From: a virus
Virus record (IMG/VR): IMGVR_UViG_3300030616_000506
Location: 1 to 64,000 of that record
DNA length: 64,000 nt
Strand: one strand, 5' to 3'
The position numbers were made by a program, and so were the translations under genes. Positions 16,819 to 28,104 of this stretch are shown here, piece after piece (the stretch's first letter is position 1; each line of letters starts with the position of its first letter). The notes beneath the pieces were generated by a model that was given only the letters and a program-made list of their open reading frames with translations, searched no databases and was not told the DNA's origin.

Positions 16819-19800
16819 ATGGCATTTAACGATAATAAGAGTGCCGGTGATATAATATTATCACAGGACTGGGATGATTTTGTAGACTTTGCGGAATTAA
16901 TATCTAGTAATAGCTATGGACATAGCTCAAATACAAATATACACTTAACAACTACTCAGAAAACTGATTTAACTGATGGTGGAGAAACATCTCTACATAT
17001 TCATGATTCTAGATATTATACTGAAACTGAGCTCAATGGAGGACAGTTAGATACATTATATTACACTGAATCAGAAGTAGATGCTATTTCTGGAGCTATA
17101 GTAGAACATATAAAGATTAATTATCAACCTAGCGGTACAACTCAGTATCTAGATGATTTCTATCCATCTAGTTTTGGTGCAGGATTATCTGGATCATATA
17201 GTACCCATAGACAAGATTCTTCAATACACTTCACTAAATCATCTTTAGATGATGATTATGCAGGTTCATCTAATGTAAATTGGACTAAGATCACTGCAAT
17301 ATCAAGTGGATTTGATGGTAGATTAGATACACTAGAAGCACAAGATGAATTTGATCAAACTCTATATATAATTAGTGCTAACGCTATATATAGATTTTAC
17401 CCTTCATCTATAGGAGCGGGAGTATCTAGCAATCTTAAACTTATAAAATTATGGTATGATGCATCTAGCGGTAAATTGACTGATGCTTATAAAGAAAGAG
17501 GAAGTCAGATAGCTGGTGATGGATTAACTTGGGATGGTTCAGAAATAGATTTAGATCATTTAGGTTTTGAAGATCTATCTGATCCAGGTGGAGATAGGAT
17601 ATTATATTGGGATGAAGCATTTGGTGCTGATGGTTCACTTAAATGGGGAACAACTGGCACTGGTATAGATCTTACTGGCTCAGCTGGAAGTAAATCAATA
17701 TCAGTAGAGAGTGATTATACTGATTCTAAGGATTGGTATTTAGCTTCAGCACAAAAGTTATCAGAGTTTGCATCATCAGGAGATAAATATTCTAAGGCAT
17801 ATGCTTCTGCACAAATAGCTGTTTACGATTCCACTACAGGTGGAATAACTGGTTGGTATAATCTAGGTGTTGGCACTGGTATAACTCCATTTGGAGGTAG
17901 CGTATCTATAAGCGGTACACAAGATGAAACTTTAACGGTATTAGGATATACCACAATATCAACACAAGCTCAAAAGGCTTACGCTTCAGCTCAGATAGCT
18001 CTATATGAATCCACAGCTGGAGGAATATCAAATTGGAGAGATTTTAATGCAGCTGATAATAGTATAGCTGGATTTACTGGTACATATTCAGTATCAGGTA
18101 CAGGAGCATTATCTATATCAGTTCCTGGTTATCTAAATATATCCGGTAATGCACATGATGCTAAGACTTGGTATGATGCATCAGCACAAAAACTTTCTGA
18201 TATATCAGGTAGTTTAGCTAGTAAGATTAAAGAAAATTTAGCTGATCTTGATGATATTTCTGATATGACTAATAAATCTGGAGGAGACGTTTTAACCTGG
18301 GATACTTCACAAAGTAAATGGTCTTCTCAGGCATCACAAGCTGGAGGTATATCAAACTGGCAAACGTTCACTGCAGCTGACTCTAGTATAGCTGGTATGA
18401 CTGGAACATATGCTATATCAGGAGATGTAGCTCTTTCTATATCAGTACCTGGATATCTTAATATTTCAGGTAATGCTTTTGATGGAGCACAGTTCTCTGC
18501 TAATGCATCAGCATTATTTCCAGGAAGTTCTAATGTAAATAAGATTTATCTAGATACAGTTTCTAGTAATGCTGAAGCAGGAGCTTGGTTCTCAGCTAAT
18601 AGTAATCTTTTTGATCAAACTCTTTATATTACTTCAGCTAACGCTTTATCTATATTCACAGCATCATCCGTAGTTAATAAAACATATATAGATGAAGTAT
18701 CTTCAAATGCTGCAGCTGGTGCTTGGTTCTCAGCAAATAGTAATCAATTTGATAGTGAATTATATATTACATCTTCAAATTTATTAGGTAAATTTTACCC
18801 ATCAGCTTTAGGAAGAGCTTTGATGGATTTCTCATCCAATGCTTCTAACCTATATGAACCTAAAGGTGCATCTGGAACATCATGGTCTGGTGCTTTAGCA
18901 TATGTAGGTTTTTCATCTAACACTAAAGTTTTATATCATCCATCTGGTTATGTAGTATCAGGAGGAGAATATAGTCAAGCGTATGCATCTGCTCAACTAT
19001 TAAGAGAACCAGCCTTTGCTACATGGGGTAGAACATCAACTGCTGTAGCGAGTGGATCTCATAATCATCCTTTATCAGGATTAGCTGATGTAATAGGAAA
19101 CTTTGATTCTCATGCTTATCACGACTCCGGTTTAAAGTGGAATGAAGCTGCAGGAACCTGGCAAGTAACAAAGGTTGCTGGTGGAGGAGGTGCAGTAGAT
19201 AATTTCACAGTGAAAATAGATGCTGGTGCTACGGCAGATTATATAGGTAATGCATCAAATGATGGGGTTATCCAAACTGATACCACAATGACCTATATTG
19301 ATGGTGGTAATTTTGTGACTCTAGGTGTAAATGAATCTGGAATTTTAACAACGGTATCTAGTAATGCTAGACAGGCATATGAATTCTCTTCAGCTAGTGA
19401 TATATTTGATCACGAATTATATATTGCATCAAGTGTAGCTCTATCAACATTTGCTGATAGTTCTGCAATCATTATAAAAATTGACTCTAAATTAGATTCA
19501 ATTGCAGGAAGTGGAGCATTTTATCCTTCTTCTCTCGGTGCAGCTTTAATGGCATTTTCTTCTAATGCATCAAATCTCTATGAACCAAAGGGAGCTTCAG
19601 GTACATCTTGGTCGGGGGCTTTATCTTATGTTTCGTTTTCATCAAATACAAAATCATTGTATCATCCCTCTGGATATGTTATATCTGGAGCTGAGTATAG
19701 TCAAGCTTATGCATCGGCACAAGTAGCTCTTTATTCTCCAGTAATTCAATCTCAATTAGCATCTGGTTCTCAATACTGGAAAGCCTATATGTCAGCTCAG

Positions 19801-22800
19801 ATAGCACAGTATGAGACTGAATTAGGATCCATATCCTTTAATGCACCAACATATGCATCAGGACTTATAACAGTAGGTACCGGTAAAGTATCCGGTAGTT
19901 TAAAATTAACACTAAGAGATATACCACAAGATGTAATTAAGTCAGGAGCAAATTGGCAAAAGGCTTATATGAGTGCTCAGTTAGCTTCTTATTCAGATAC
20001 AGGAGACAGCTTAGGAATAGTTAATTGGAACACTCCAACTGCAACCTCTGGAGCAATGGTTCAAGGAGGTGGTATGGTATCTGGTACTTTATCCATCTTT
20101 ATAGAAGATTATATAGCCTCCTCTAGTGTAATAGCTAATACAGTTGCTAGTTCTACAGCTTTAGGTAAGTTTTATCCATCTACATTAGGAAAGTCATTAA
20201 TGGACTTTTCAAGTAATGCATCTAATTTATATGATAATCTTGGTGATATAACATGGGGAACTCCTACACGGGCATCAGGAGTGATATTAGTAGGAACCTC
20301 TGCTGTATCAGGTGCTTTAAAGGTAACCTTACGAGATATTCCACAAAACGTTATTAAATCCGGTGCTAATTGGCAAAAGGCATATATGTCTGCACAACTT
20401 GCCTCTTATTCTGACACTGGAGATAGTCTAGGAGTAGTTAATTGGCAAACTCCTACTGCATCATCAGGATTAATAGCTACTGGAGTTGGTAAAACATCTG
20501 GTAGTATAGCTTTTTATATTGAAGATTACATAGCATCAGCATCTGCTATAGCAAAATTCCCTGGTAGTTCTAACATTATAGGAAGATATCATCCATCTAG
20601 TTATGGAACATTTCCTTATATATCTACACAGGCTATATCTGGAGTTCATACACATGACGTAAGAATAGATTATTATGGAGACACAATCTTTGATGATGTA
20701 TGCATGTATAATTCAATGATGGATGCATCAGTATTAACATCTGGTGGAATTATCACTAGAACTGCTGCATGTACAGGTGCTATAGATATAAGTAGAGGAA
20801 TTGTCTATGTAAAAGAGGATACTCACGATACTGCAGAGGGATGGGTTTCTGAGATAGATGCCTCATCAAATATATATTTAGATGAAGGAATAAATTATAT
20901 TTATGTAGATTACAATTCTGGTTCTCCTAAATATGCACATAAAACAACATCTGGATTTAATAAGAATTCTCAATTTCCAATAGGTCAAGTATATAATGAT
21001 ACTACTACTGGAACAATGTCTCAACTTCATATATTCCAAGGTGGATATAGATTTCCAGCTCTTGGACAGAAAGTCCAACAGAGATTTGGAGAGGTATATG
21101 GTTTAGAAAGAAGTACAGGATTAGTCGCTGCATCTTCACAACAATCTGGACATCCATTATGCTTATCTGTAACTGATGGTATTTTCTGGAAAGGATTAAA
21201 TAAATTTACTATGCCAAGTATTGATACTGGTCACTATCATGACATAACTGCAGTGAATCAATCTGAAAGATGGTTTGCAATTACTGGTTCTAAAGACCCA
21301 CATCTAGCTATGGGATACTTTATTGAAGTTGAAGATTCAACTGGTAATGATGGTATCTATCAAGTGAGTTCTGCTATAGAACCTAGTAGTGCTGGATATA
21401 CTAGAATTGGGGTTTGGCAGGCAATTCCAGATGCTACAATAGATGGACATATACATGATGAAACATTTACTTATTGGTATAGAGATGGTGCTGGAGGATG
21501 GATTGCAAAGAGTGGTCAAACAGATGTTGATCCAAATTATTATGATGATGGTACTGGAACTCTTAATACAGTTGGAAATAGTAAATATGGAATCCATTGG
21601 TTATTTCTTGAATCTGATGGAGATTTGAATATTCTATATGGTCAAGGGGGTTATAATTTAGCTGAAGCAGAAGATGCAACTACTCCAAGTTCTACTCCAG
21701 ATTTAATAACTAATAATGCATCCTTGATTGCTAGATTAATTATTGAACAAGGAGAGACTGATTTAAGTAATGCTGAATTTTCAGTTCCCTGGGTAATTAA
21801 ATTCACAGCAGGTTCAGTTGACCAGCATAACGATTTAGGTGGAATACAAGGAGGTACAGCTGGTGAATATTATCACTTAACTTCTACAGATGATACTAAC
21901 TTTAATACTTTAACTGGTACTGGAGATGCATCTACATTACATCATCATGATGGAAGATATTATACAGAAACTGAATCTGATGCAATATCAGGAGCAATAG
22001 TTGATCATGTAAGATATAATTATTATCCATCATCTCTAGGTAAATCTTTGATGGACTTTTCTTCAAATGCTTCAAATTTATACGAACCTAAAGGTGCATC
22101 AGGCACCTCTTGGAGTGGTGCATTAGCTTATGTTGGATTTTCTTCCAATACTAAATCACTATATCATCCATCTGGATTTGTTATCTCAGGTAATGAGTAT
22201 TCACAAGCATACGCATCTACACAAGCTCTCAAAGAGCATGCTTTCCATACTATTATATCAGGTCAATATATAGATGATTATATTGCATCTTCAGAAACAA
22301 TTGGTAGATTTTTCCCATCTACTTTAGGTTCTACCTTGATATCATTCTCATCTAATGCAAAGAATTTATATGATAATTTAGGTGATGTTACATGGGGAGC
22401 ACCGACACAAGCTTCTGGAGTAGTTTTAGTAGGAACTTCAGCAGTATCAGGTTCACTTAAAGTAACATTAAGAGATATCCCACAGGATGTCATAAAATCA
22501 GGTGCTAACTGGCAGAAAGCTTATATGTCAGCTCAATTATTAAAGGATCCAGCTTTCTCAGACTTTGGTACATCCGCTGGTGATGTAGCTGAAGGAAATC
22601 ACACTCATACTCAATATGATAATCTTGGAGAAATATCATGGACTACTCCTACAGCTGGTGATGGAATATCACTAGATGGAACTACTGGAATGACCTCAGG
22701 CTCTTTGACTATAAAGGTAGATGATGACTCTGTTACACAAGGTATGCTAAAATCTGGTTCGGAATATTGGAAAGCTTATCTAAGTGCACAAGTAGCATCC

Positions 22801-25800
22801 TATACTGATACTGGTGGTGATGACTTAGGAACAATAGATTGGCAAGTTCCAACAGCATCATCGGGTTTAAAAATAACTAATCTAGGTAAAACCTCTGGAA
22901 GTCTTGCATTATACATTGAAGATTACATAGCGTCTACTAGTGCTATAGCTAAATTTGCAGGAAGCTCTTCTATAAATACAAAAATAGATGGTAAGTTGGA
23001 CTCTAATGCTGCAAGTGGTGCTTTTTATCCTTCAAGTTTAGGAAAGGGAGTATCTTCTCAGGTTCTAATAAATACATTACATTCAGCTAACTCTGATATT
23101 CATTTTACACAAGCTAGCATAACTACTGTAGGAACTATAGATACTGGAATTTGGAATGGAACTGATATAGACCCATATTATGTCATATCAGGAGAAAAGA
23201 CTCTAATATCTGGAGTTATGTTTTCTAAGGCATACGCTTCAGCACAAATTGCTAGTTATGAATCTAGTGGATTCGATGCAACTCAATATATTACTAGTTC
23301 AAACGCTTTAAGTTTATTTGCTGATAGTAGCACAACTCAGAGTAAATTTATTTTAACAAGTTCTTACAATGCTTCAGGAGCATTCTATCCTAGCTCATTA
23401 GGTAAATCTTTGATGTCTTACTCTAGTAATGCTAGAAGTTTATATGCAGGTACAGGAGCAGCATCTAAATGGAGATTAGGAGCTGGTGGAATTTATTATT
23501 CTGGGGAAATATCCTTAGGACATTCAGGTTTTGATATAGGAGATTATAAACTTCAAGTATCAGGTGCATCATTCTTTAGTGGTTCAGTAACCTTTTTAGG
23601 GGAGATATCAGGTGTTGCAATTCCTACATATGATAGTGGAGCATCTAGTAAAAAGTATGTAGATAACATATCAGGAGCTATAGTAAGTCATGTTTTATTT
23701 AATTATTATCCATCTACTTTAGGAATTGGGGTTTCAAGTAATGTTAAAATATTAAGTGATTGGTATAATGCATCTAGTAATGAATATTCAAGAGCATTTG
23801 CATCAGCTAACGCTTTAAGAGCTTTAGCATTTAAAGATTCAGTAGATATATCTGATGATACCAATCTTTCTGCAGGAGAAGGGATAACTTTAACTGGAGA
23901 TACTATATCATGGGCATCAGGTACACAACTTCATGGTGCTTGGGCAAGTACACAAGCTTTACAAGATCTTGCATTCAAAGCTAGTATTGATATAGGAGAT
24001 GATACAAACTTATCAGGTGGAGATGGTATTACTCTTACAGGAGATGTTATATCGTGGGCATCAGGCTCAGAATTACATAGTGCTTATCTATCTGCTCAAT
24101 CTCTAAAGGAACATAGTTTTCATACTCTAATTTCTGGTTCATACCTACAATCAGGTTTAAAATATTCAAAGGCTTATAGAAGTGCACAAATTGCATTATA
24201 TACTTCAGCTGGTGATAGTTTAGGTATAATTAATTGGAACACTCCTACAGCCACATCTGGTGTTAATATACAGGGAGGTGGAATGGTATCAGGTACCTTA
24301 GCAATATTCTTAGAGGATTATATAGCTAGTTCATCTGTAGTATCTAACTTTGCAAATAGTGGTATCTTACTTGGTAAATATTATCCATCAACTTTAGGTA
24401 AAAAGGCTTTAGCATCAGCTCAATCAGCTATGTTCCAGATACAAGATGGAATAACTAATTGGGATTCAACTGAGTTTTTAAATTCAGGAATAATGTGGGA
24501 TGGTACAAACTGGGAAGCTATGCCATCTGGAGGATCAGATGGTAATGGAGGACAATGGAGTTCTAGAACGGGTGGTATATATTATGAAAATGAAGTTACT
24601 GTAGGACATAGTGATTTTGATTTAGGAAATTATAAATTACAAGTATCTGGAGCCTCCTACTTTAGTGGATCAGTTGACTTTATTGGAGAGATTTCTGGAA
24701 TATCTGACCCAACTTATGCTAGCGGGGTTTCTAATAAACATTATGTTGATACCATATCAGGTGCTATAGTAGACCATGTTCTTTTTAATTATTACCCATC
24801 TGATTTAGGATTAGCTAATAATTTACATTCAAGTAATGCTGATTTACACTTTCCATCAAGCAATTTATTGGAATGGTTAGGAAATCACTATGCACCAACT
24901 GGTACATCTTTTGATGCAACATCCTATATCACATCATCTAACTCAATAGATAGATTTCATCCTTCTGGATTTGTAATATCTGGTGGTGAATATAGCCAGG
25001 CTTACGCTTCCGCTCAAGTAGCAGTATACTCACCTGTAACACAGTCACAACTTGCATCAGGAACATCTTATTGGAAAGCATATCTTTCTGCTCAGGTAGC
25101 ATCTTATGATGCCGGATCAGGAGATAGTTTAGGGTCAATTTCATGGAACACCCCTACTGCCGCATCAGGAATAATAGTTCAAGGTGGAGGTATGTTATCA
25201 GGAAACTTAGCTATATTTATGGAAGACTATATAGCATCCACTAATGCTGTAGCTAACTTTGCTCATAGTACTAATATAAATGGTAGATTTTATGGTAGTG
25301 GTTCTACTATTAATTCTAATTATATAATGTCTAGTGCTAAATTTACAGTTGCTGCAGATACTGATAATGATGGTTATCTAACATCAACTGATTGGGATAC
25401 CTTTAATAATAAGAGTGATACAGCTGGTGTTCCTGGAACTACTATAAGTAGTAACTTCTTCTTAGTGGGATCTGGTAACACTCTTTGGGGATGGTATAGT
25501 GCATCCGGAGAAAAGTTATCAACAATGTCTGGTAGTATAAACACTAAAATAAATAGTAAATTAGACTCAATGGCAGGAAGTGGTTCATTCTATCCATCAT
25601 CATTAGGTGCTGGTGTGTCATCCCAACATAAGATAGTTTATGATTGGTTTGCTGGTTCATCATCTAAGTATTCTGGTTGGTATACATCTGGAGCTAAATT
25701 TGCATTAGCTTATGATCATAGCCAGGATAATACCCAAGCTCACTCAGATTATCTACTAAATAGTGGAGATGATTCGTCAGATGGAGTTATAACTGCATTT

Positions 25801-26853
25801 GGATTTGTTGGAGCTCTATCTTCACAAAAGATATCAAGTGCTGCTCTCAAGATGGGAGTAGAAGTAACCAATATCTTAGATGAAGATGAGATGGATAGTG
25901 ACTCAGATACAGCTTTAGCTACCCAACAATCTATAAAGGCTTATGTTTTAAATAATGCAACTGGAGTTCCTGGGGCTACAATCAGTAGTAACTTCTTCCT
26001 AATAGGTTCCGGTAATACACTATGGTCTTGGTATGATGACTCATCTCAAAGTATATCTACTCATATAACTAATGTAGATGGAGTAAATGGATTAGTAAAG
26101 GGAGATGGAGCTGGGAATTATTCAGCAGTTACTGATAACTCATCTGATTGGGAAGCGGCTCATGATTGGTATAATGCATCATCTAGTAAAATATCTCAGA
26201 ATATAGATTCTGGTACCAAATATACATCAACTTATAATTGGTTTTCAGATTCATCATCAAAGATATCCAATATTGTAGCAAGTGGACATGAATATACTAA
26301 AGCTTATCAATCAGCACAAATAGCTATATATGAAGCTGGATCAGGTGATAGTCTGGGATCTATAGATTGGAATACCCCTACTGCTACATCAGGTTTATCC
26401 ATACAAAGTACTGGTATGGTGTCTGGTAGTTTGGCTATATTTATAGATGATTATATAAGTAGTTCTAATGCAGTTTCTAACTTTACTGGAAGCTCAAATG
26501 TAAATAGAAATTATATTGATAATGTATCATCTAATGCTCAAGCTGCATATAATTGGACTAATTCAGTTTCAGGTCAAATATTAGCATACCCTTCATCCTT
26601 AGGGAAATCTTTATATGACTTCTCAAGTAATGTTCAGGCAGGGACAGTTACCTATAATGCAGTATCATCTGCAGCTATATCAGGAGCTTGGACTGCTCCT
26701 ATATATAGAACAAATAAACCAGCTGCAGCAGTTGCATATGAAGGTCAAATAATAGTAGCATCTGGTGGTACAGACAAGAAATCTTGGGTATTTATTTGTC
26801 TCCATAATGATGCTAATGGTTATGAATGGGTACAGTTAGGATTGAGTACATAA
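16819..26853 (+). CDS. Giant (3344 aa) Ser/Gly-rich repetitive virion fibre/surface protein
   Basis: Many repeats (AY.SAQ, FYPSSLG, SSNASNLY, EDYIAS) and His-pair fibre motifs (HIHDSRYYTETE, HHHDGRYYTETE). N-terminus resembles 43806..46541. Confidence 0.7.
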   Translation: MAFNDNKSAGDIILSQDWDDFVDFAELISSNSYGHSSNTNIHLTTTQKTDLTDGGETSLHIHDSRYYTETELNGGQLDTLYYTESEVDAISGAIVEHIKINYQPSGTTQYLDDFYPSSFGAGLSGSYSTHRQDSSIHFTKSSLDDDYAGSSNVNWTKITAISSGFDGRLDTLEAQDEFDQTLYIISANAIYRFYPSSIGAGVSSNLKLIKLWYDASSGKLTDAYKERGSQIAGDGLTWDGSEIDLDHLGFEDLSDPGGDRILYWDEAFGADGSLKWGTTGTGIDLTGSAGSKSISVESDYTDSKDWYLASAQKLSEFASSGDKYSKAYASAQIAVYDSTTGGITGWYNLGVGTGITPFGGSVSISGTQDETLTVLGYTTISTQAQKAYASAQIALYESTAGGISNWRDFNAADNSIAGFTGTYSVSGTGALSISVPGYLNISGNAHDAKTWYDASAQKLSDISGSLASKIKENLADLDDISDMTNKSGGDVLTWDTSQSKWSSQASQAGGISNWQTFTAADSSIAGMTGTYAISGDVALSISVPGYLNISGNAFDGAQFSANASALFPGSSNVNKIYLDTVSSNAEAGAWFSANSNLFDQTLYITSANALSIFTASSVVNKTYIDEVSSNAAAGAWFSANSNQFDSELYITSSNLLGKFYPSALGRALMDFSSNASNLYEPKGASGTSWSGALAYVGFSSNTKVLYHPSGYVVSGGEYSQAYASAQLLREPAFATWGRTSTAVASGSHNHPLSGLADVIGNFDSHAYHDSGLKWNEAAGTWQVTKVAGGGGAVDNFTVKIDAGATADYIGNASNDGVIQTDTTMTYIDGGNFVTLGVNESGILTTVSSNARQAYEFSSASDIFDHELYIASSVALSTFADSSAIIIKIDSKLDSIAGSGAFYPSSLGAALMAFSSNASNLYEPKGASGTSWSGALSYVSFSSNTKSLYHPSGYVISGAEYSQAYASAQVALYSPVIQSQLASGSQYWKAYMSAQIAQYETELGSISFNAPTYASGLITVGTGKVSGSLKLTLRDIPQDVIKSGANWQKAYMSAQLASYSDTGDSLGIVNWNTPTATSGAMVQGGGMVSGTLSIFIEDYIASSSVIANTVASSTALGKFYPSTLGKSLMDFSSNASNLYDNLGDITWGTPTRASGVILVGTSAVSGALKVTLRDIPQNVIKSGANWQKAYMSAQLASYSDTGDSLGVVNWQTPTASSGLIATGVGKTSGSIAFYIEDYIASASAIAKFPGSSNIIGRYHPSSYGTFPYISTQAISGVHTHDVRIDYYGDTIFDDVCMYNSMMDASVLTSGGIITRTAACTGAIDISRGIVYVKEDTHDTAEGWVSEIDASSNIYLDEGINYIYVDYNSGSPKYAHKTTSGFNKNSQFPIGQVYNDTTTGTMSQLHIFQGGYRFPALGQKVQQRFGEVYGLERSTGLVAASSQQSGHPLCLSVTDGIFWKGLNKFTMPSIDTGHYHDITAVNQSERWFAITGSKDPHLAMGYFIEVEDSTGNDGIYQVSSAIEPSSAGYTRIGVWQAIPDATIDGHIHDETFTYWYRDGAGGWIAKSGQTDVDPNYYDDGTGTLNTVGNSKYGIHWLFLESDGDLNILYGQGGYNLAEAEDATTPSSTPDLITNNASLIARLIIEQGETDLSNAEFSVPWVIKFTAGSVDQHNDLGGIQGGTAGEYYHLTSTDDTNFNTLTGTGDASTLHHHDGRYYTETESDAISGAIVDHVRYNYYPSSLGKSLMDFSSNASNLYEPKGASGTSWSGALAYVGFSSNTKSLYHPSGFVISGNEYSQAYASTQALKEHAFHTIISGQYIDDYIASSETIGRFFPSTLGSTLISFSSNAKNLYDNLGDVTWGAPTQASGVVLVGTSAVSGSLKVTLRDIPQDVIKSGANWQKAYMSAQLLKDPAFSDFGTSAGDVAEGNHTHTQYDNLGEISWTTPTAGDGISLDGTTGMTSGSLTIKVDDDSVTQGMLKSGSEYWKAYLSAQVASYTDTGGDDLGTIDWQVPTASSGLKITNLGKTSGSLALYIEDYIASTSAIAKFAGSSSINTKIDGKLDSNAASGAFYPSSLGKGVSSQVLINTLHSANSDIHFTQASITTVGTIDTGIWNGTDIDPYYVISGEKTLISGVMFSKAYASAQIASYESSGFDATQYITSSNALSLFADSSTTQSKFILTSSYNASGAFYPSSLGKSLMSYSSNARSLYAGTGAASKWRLGAGGIYYSGEISLGHSGFDIGDYKLQVSGASFFSGSVTFLGEISGVAIPTYDSGASSKKYVDNISGAIVSHVLFNYYPSTLGIGVSSNVKILSDWYNASSNEYSRAFASANALRALAFKDSVDISDDTNLSAGEGITLTGDTISWASGTQLHGAWASTQALQDLAFKASIDIGDDTNLSGGDGITLTGDVISWASGSELHSAYLSAQSLKEHSFHTLISGSYLQSGLKYSKAYRSAQIALYTSAGDSLGIINWNTPTATSGVNIQGGGMVSGTLAIFLEDYIASSSVVSNFANSGILLGKYYPSTLGKKALASAQSAMFQIQDGITNWDSTEFLNSGIMWDGTNWEAMPSGGSDGNGGQWSSRTGGIYYENEVTVGHSDFDLGNYKLQVSGASYFSGSVDFIGEISGISDPTYASGVSNKHYVDTISGAIVDHVLFNYYPSDLGLANNLHSSNADLHFPSSNLLEWLGNHYAPTGTSFDATSYITSSNSIDRFHPSGFVISGGEYSQAYASAQVAVYSPVTQSQLASGTSYWKAYLSAQVASYDAGSGDSLGSISWNTPTAASGIIVQGGGMLSGNLAIFMEDYIASTNAVANFAHSTNINGRFYGSGSTINSNYIMSSAKFTVAADTDNDGYLTSTDWDTFNNKSDTAGVPGTTISSNFFLVGSGNTLWGWYSASGEKLSTMSGSINTKINSKLDSMAGSGSFYPSSLGAGVSSQHKIVYDWFAGSSSKYSGWYTSGAKFALAYDHSQDNTQAHSDYLLNSGDDSSDGVITAFGFVGALSSQKISSAALKMGVEVTNILDEDEMDSDSDTALATQQSIKAYVLNNATGVPGATISSNFFLIGSGNTLWSWYDDSSQSISTHITNVDGVNGLVKGDGAGNYSAVTDNSSDWEAAHDWYNASSSKISQNIDSGTKYTSTYNWFSDSSSKISNIVASGHEYTKAYQSAQIAIYEAGSGDSLGSIDWNTPTATSGLSIQSTGMVSGSLAIFIDDYISSSNAVSNFTGSSNVNRNYIDNVSSNAQAAYNWTNSVSGQILAYPSSLGKSLYDFSSNVQAGTVTYNAVSSAAISGAWTAPIYRTNKPAAAVAYEGQIIVASGGTDKKSWVFICLHNDANGYEWVQLGLST

Positions 26854-26874
26854 TTAGTATGAGAGTATATTAAA

Positions 26875-27681
26875 ATGACTGAATTAAGATATATAAATTT
26901 AGGATCCGTTGACTCTAATCATTTTTATACATCTTGGGAGTACTCAAGAATTTATGATATCACAACACCAACCCTATTTGCTGTTATGCCAAATAAAACA
27001 TTAGTGGATGTTCACTATAAAAATAAATTAGAGGATTATCTTAACTTAGATGAAATCTCAGAAGATGTAGATATAATTAGATCATTTGATAAAACTACTA
27101 ATAATCTGGATACTACTATAGTTTGGGATCCAGCAACGGTATGGTACACTTTACATATCAAACTAACGGGTGATAATATCGAGAGACAAAAATCAAATAT
27201 AGAAAGAAAGTTCAGTTCTGCAACCATTAAAGTATTAAGAGAAAGAGGTTTAAAGTGTTTTTGTGATCTTCGTGGCAATGATCTACTATTCATATCAAAT
27301 GGAAAAACAAGAAAGTTTGGTTGTTTCCTGTGGTTAGATTGGGGAAATAATAATTATATGTTTGGTATGATGGTATCTTTTAGAATAAATACAGACTTAA
27401 TGAATAAAGTCTTTAAATTTGATAATGATAAATATAATAATAAAATTGATTTTACTGGTGATATGAATGATTTACTTGGAAGTATTTTAGATGAAAAACC
27501 AGATTTAGATATAGAAAATGTAATTAAAGATATAGCATATGAATTCTCAAAAGGAGTGAATTTAAACATAATAGATGATACTTTAAATGATTCAGAAGTT
27601 AAAAGGTTAAATAAACTTGCAGAAGGTCTTAAAAGTGAAGATTGGTCATTAAGGGGTATTCATCCAGAGGTAAAAAACTAA
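26875..27681 (+). CDS. Divergent lipoate-protein ligase A-like protein (BPL/LplA/LipB fold)
   Basis: PTL, VDIIR, GNDLL...GKTRKFG and C-terminal L...E...S.DW pattern. The RRxSGGG motif is degenerate. Confidence 0.6.
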   Translation: MTELRYINLGSVDSNHFYTSWEYSRIYDITTPTLFAVMPNKTLVDVHYKNKLEDYLNLDEISEDVDIIRSFDKTTNNLDTTIVWDPATVWYTLHIKLTGDNIERQKSNIERKFSSATIKVLRERGLKCFCDLRGNDLLFISNGKTRKFGCFLWLDWGNNNYMFGMMVSFRINTDLMNKVFKFDNDKYNNKIDFTGDMNDLLGSILDEKPDLDIENVIKDIAYEFSKGVNLNIIDDTLNDSEVKRLNKLAEGLKSEDWSLRGIHPEVKN

Positions 27682-28100
27682 TGAAACTTAAATTAGAATA
27701 TATATATGGAATACTATCTGCACTATTCTTTGCAGCAATGGTACCCATTGGAAAACTAGCTATGCTAGAATCTAGTCCAGAGACTATACTAATCATTAGA
27801 TTAACATTAGCATCAGCTATATTAGCTCTTATGTGTCCATTATTGGATATACATCCTATAAGGGATTTGAAATCTCATAAGAGTATTTTATTACTGTCAT
27901 TACTGTTTGCCATAGACACTATAGCATTTTGGGTTGCATTAAGTGAATTGCAGGTAATCCAATTTCTGGCTTTAGCATGGACATTTCCATTAATAATTGA
28001 AATTATTAATATGATTCAAGATAAGAGATTGTATTGGAAATCCATGGTCCTTCTTGCTATTGGGTTTATTGGTGCGTTTATTGTAAATTGGTATGGGTGA
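27681..28100 (+). CDS. EamA/DMT transporter, N-terminal half
   Basis: About 5 TM helices, SPETILIIRL and LAWTFPL. Likely start MKLKLE, coupled to the upstream stop. Confidence 0.75.
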   Translation: MKLKLEYIYGILSALFFAAMVPIGKLAMLESSPETILIIRLTLASAILALMCPLLDIHPIRDLKSHKSILLLSLLFAIDTIAFWVALSELQVIQFLALAWTFPLIIEIINMIQDKRLYWKSMVLLAIGFIGAFIVNWYG

Positions 28101-28104
28101 TTAA

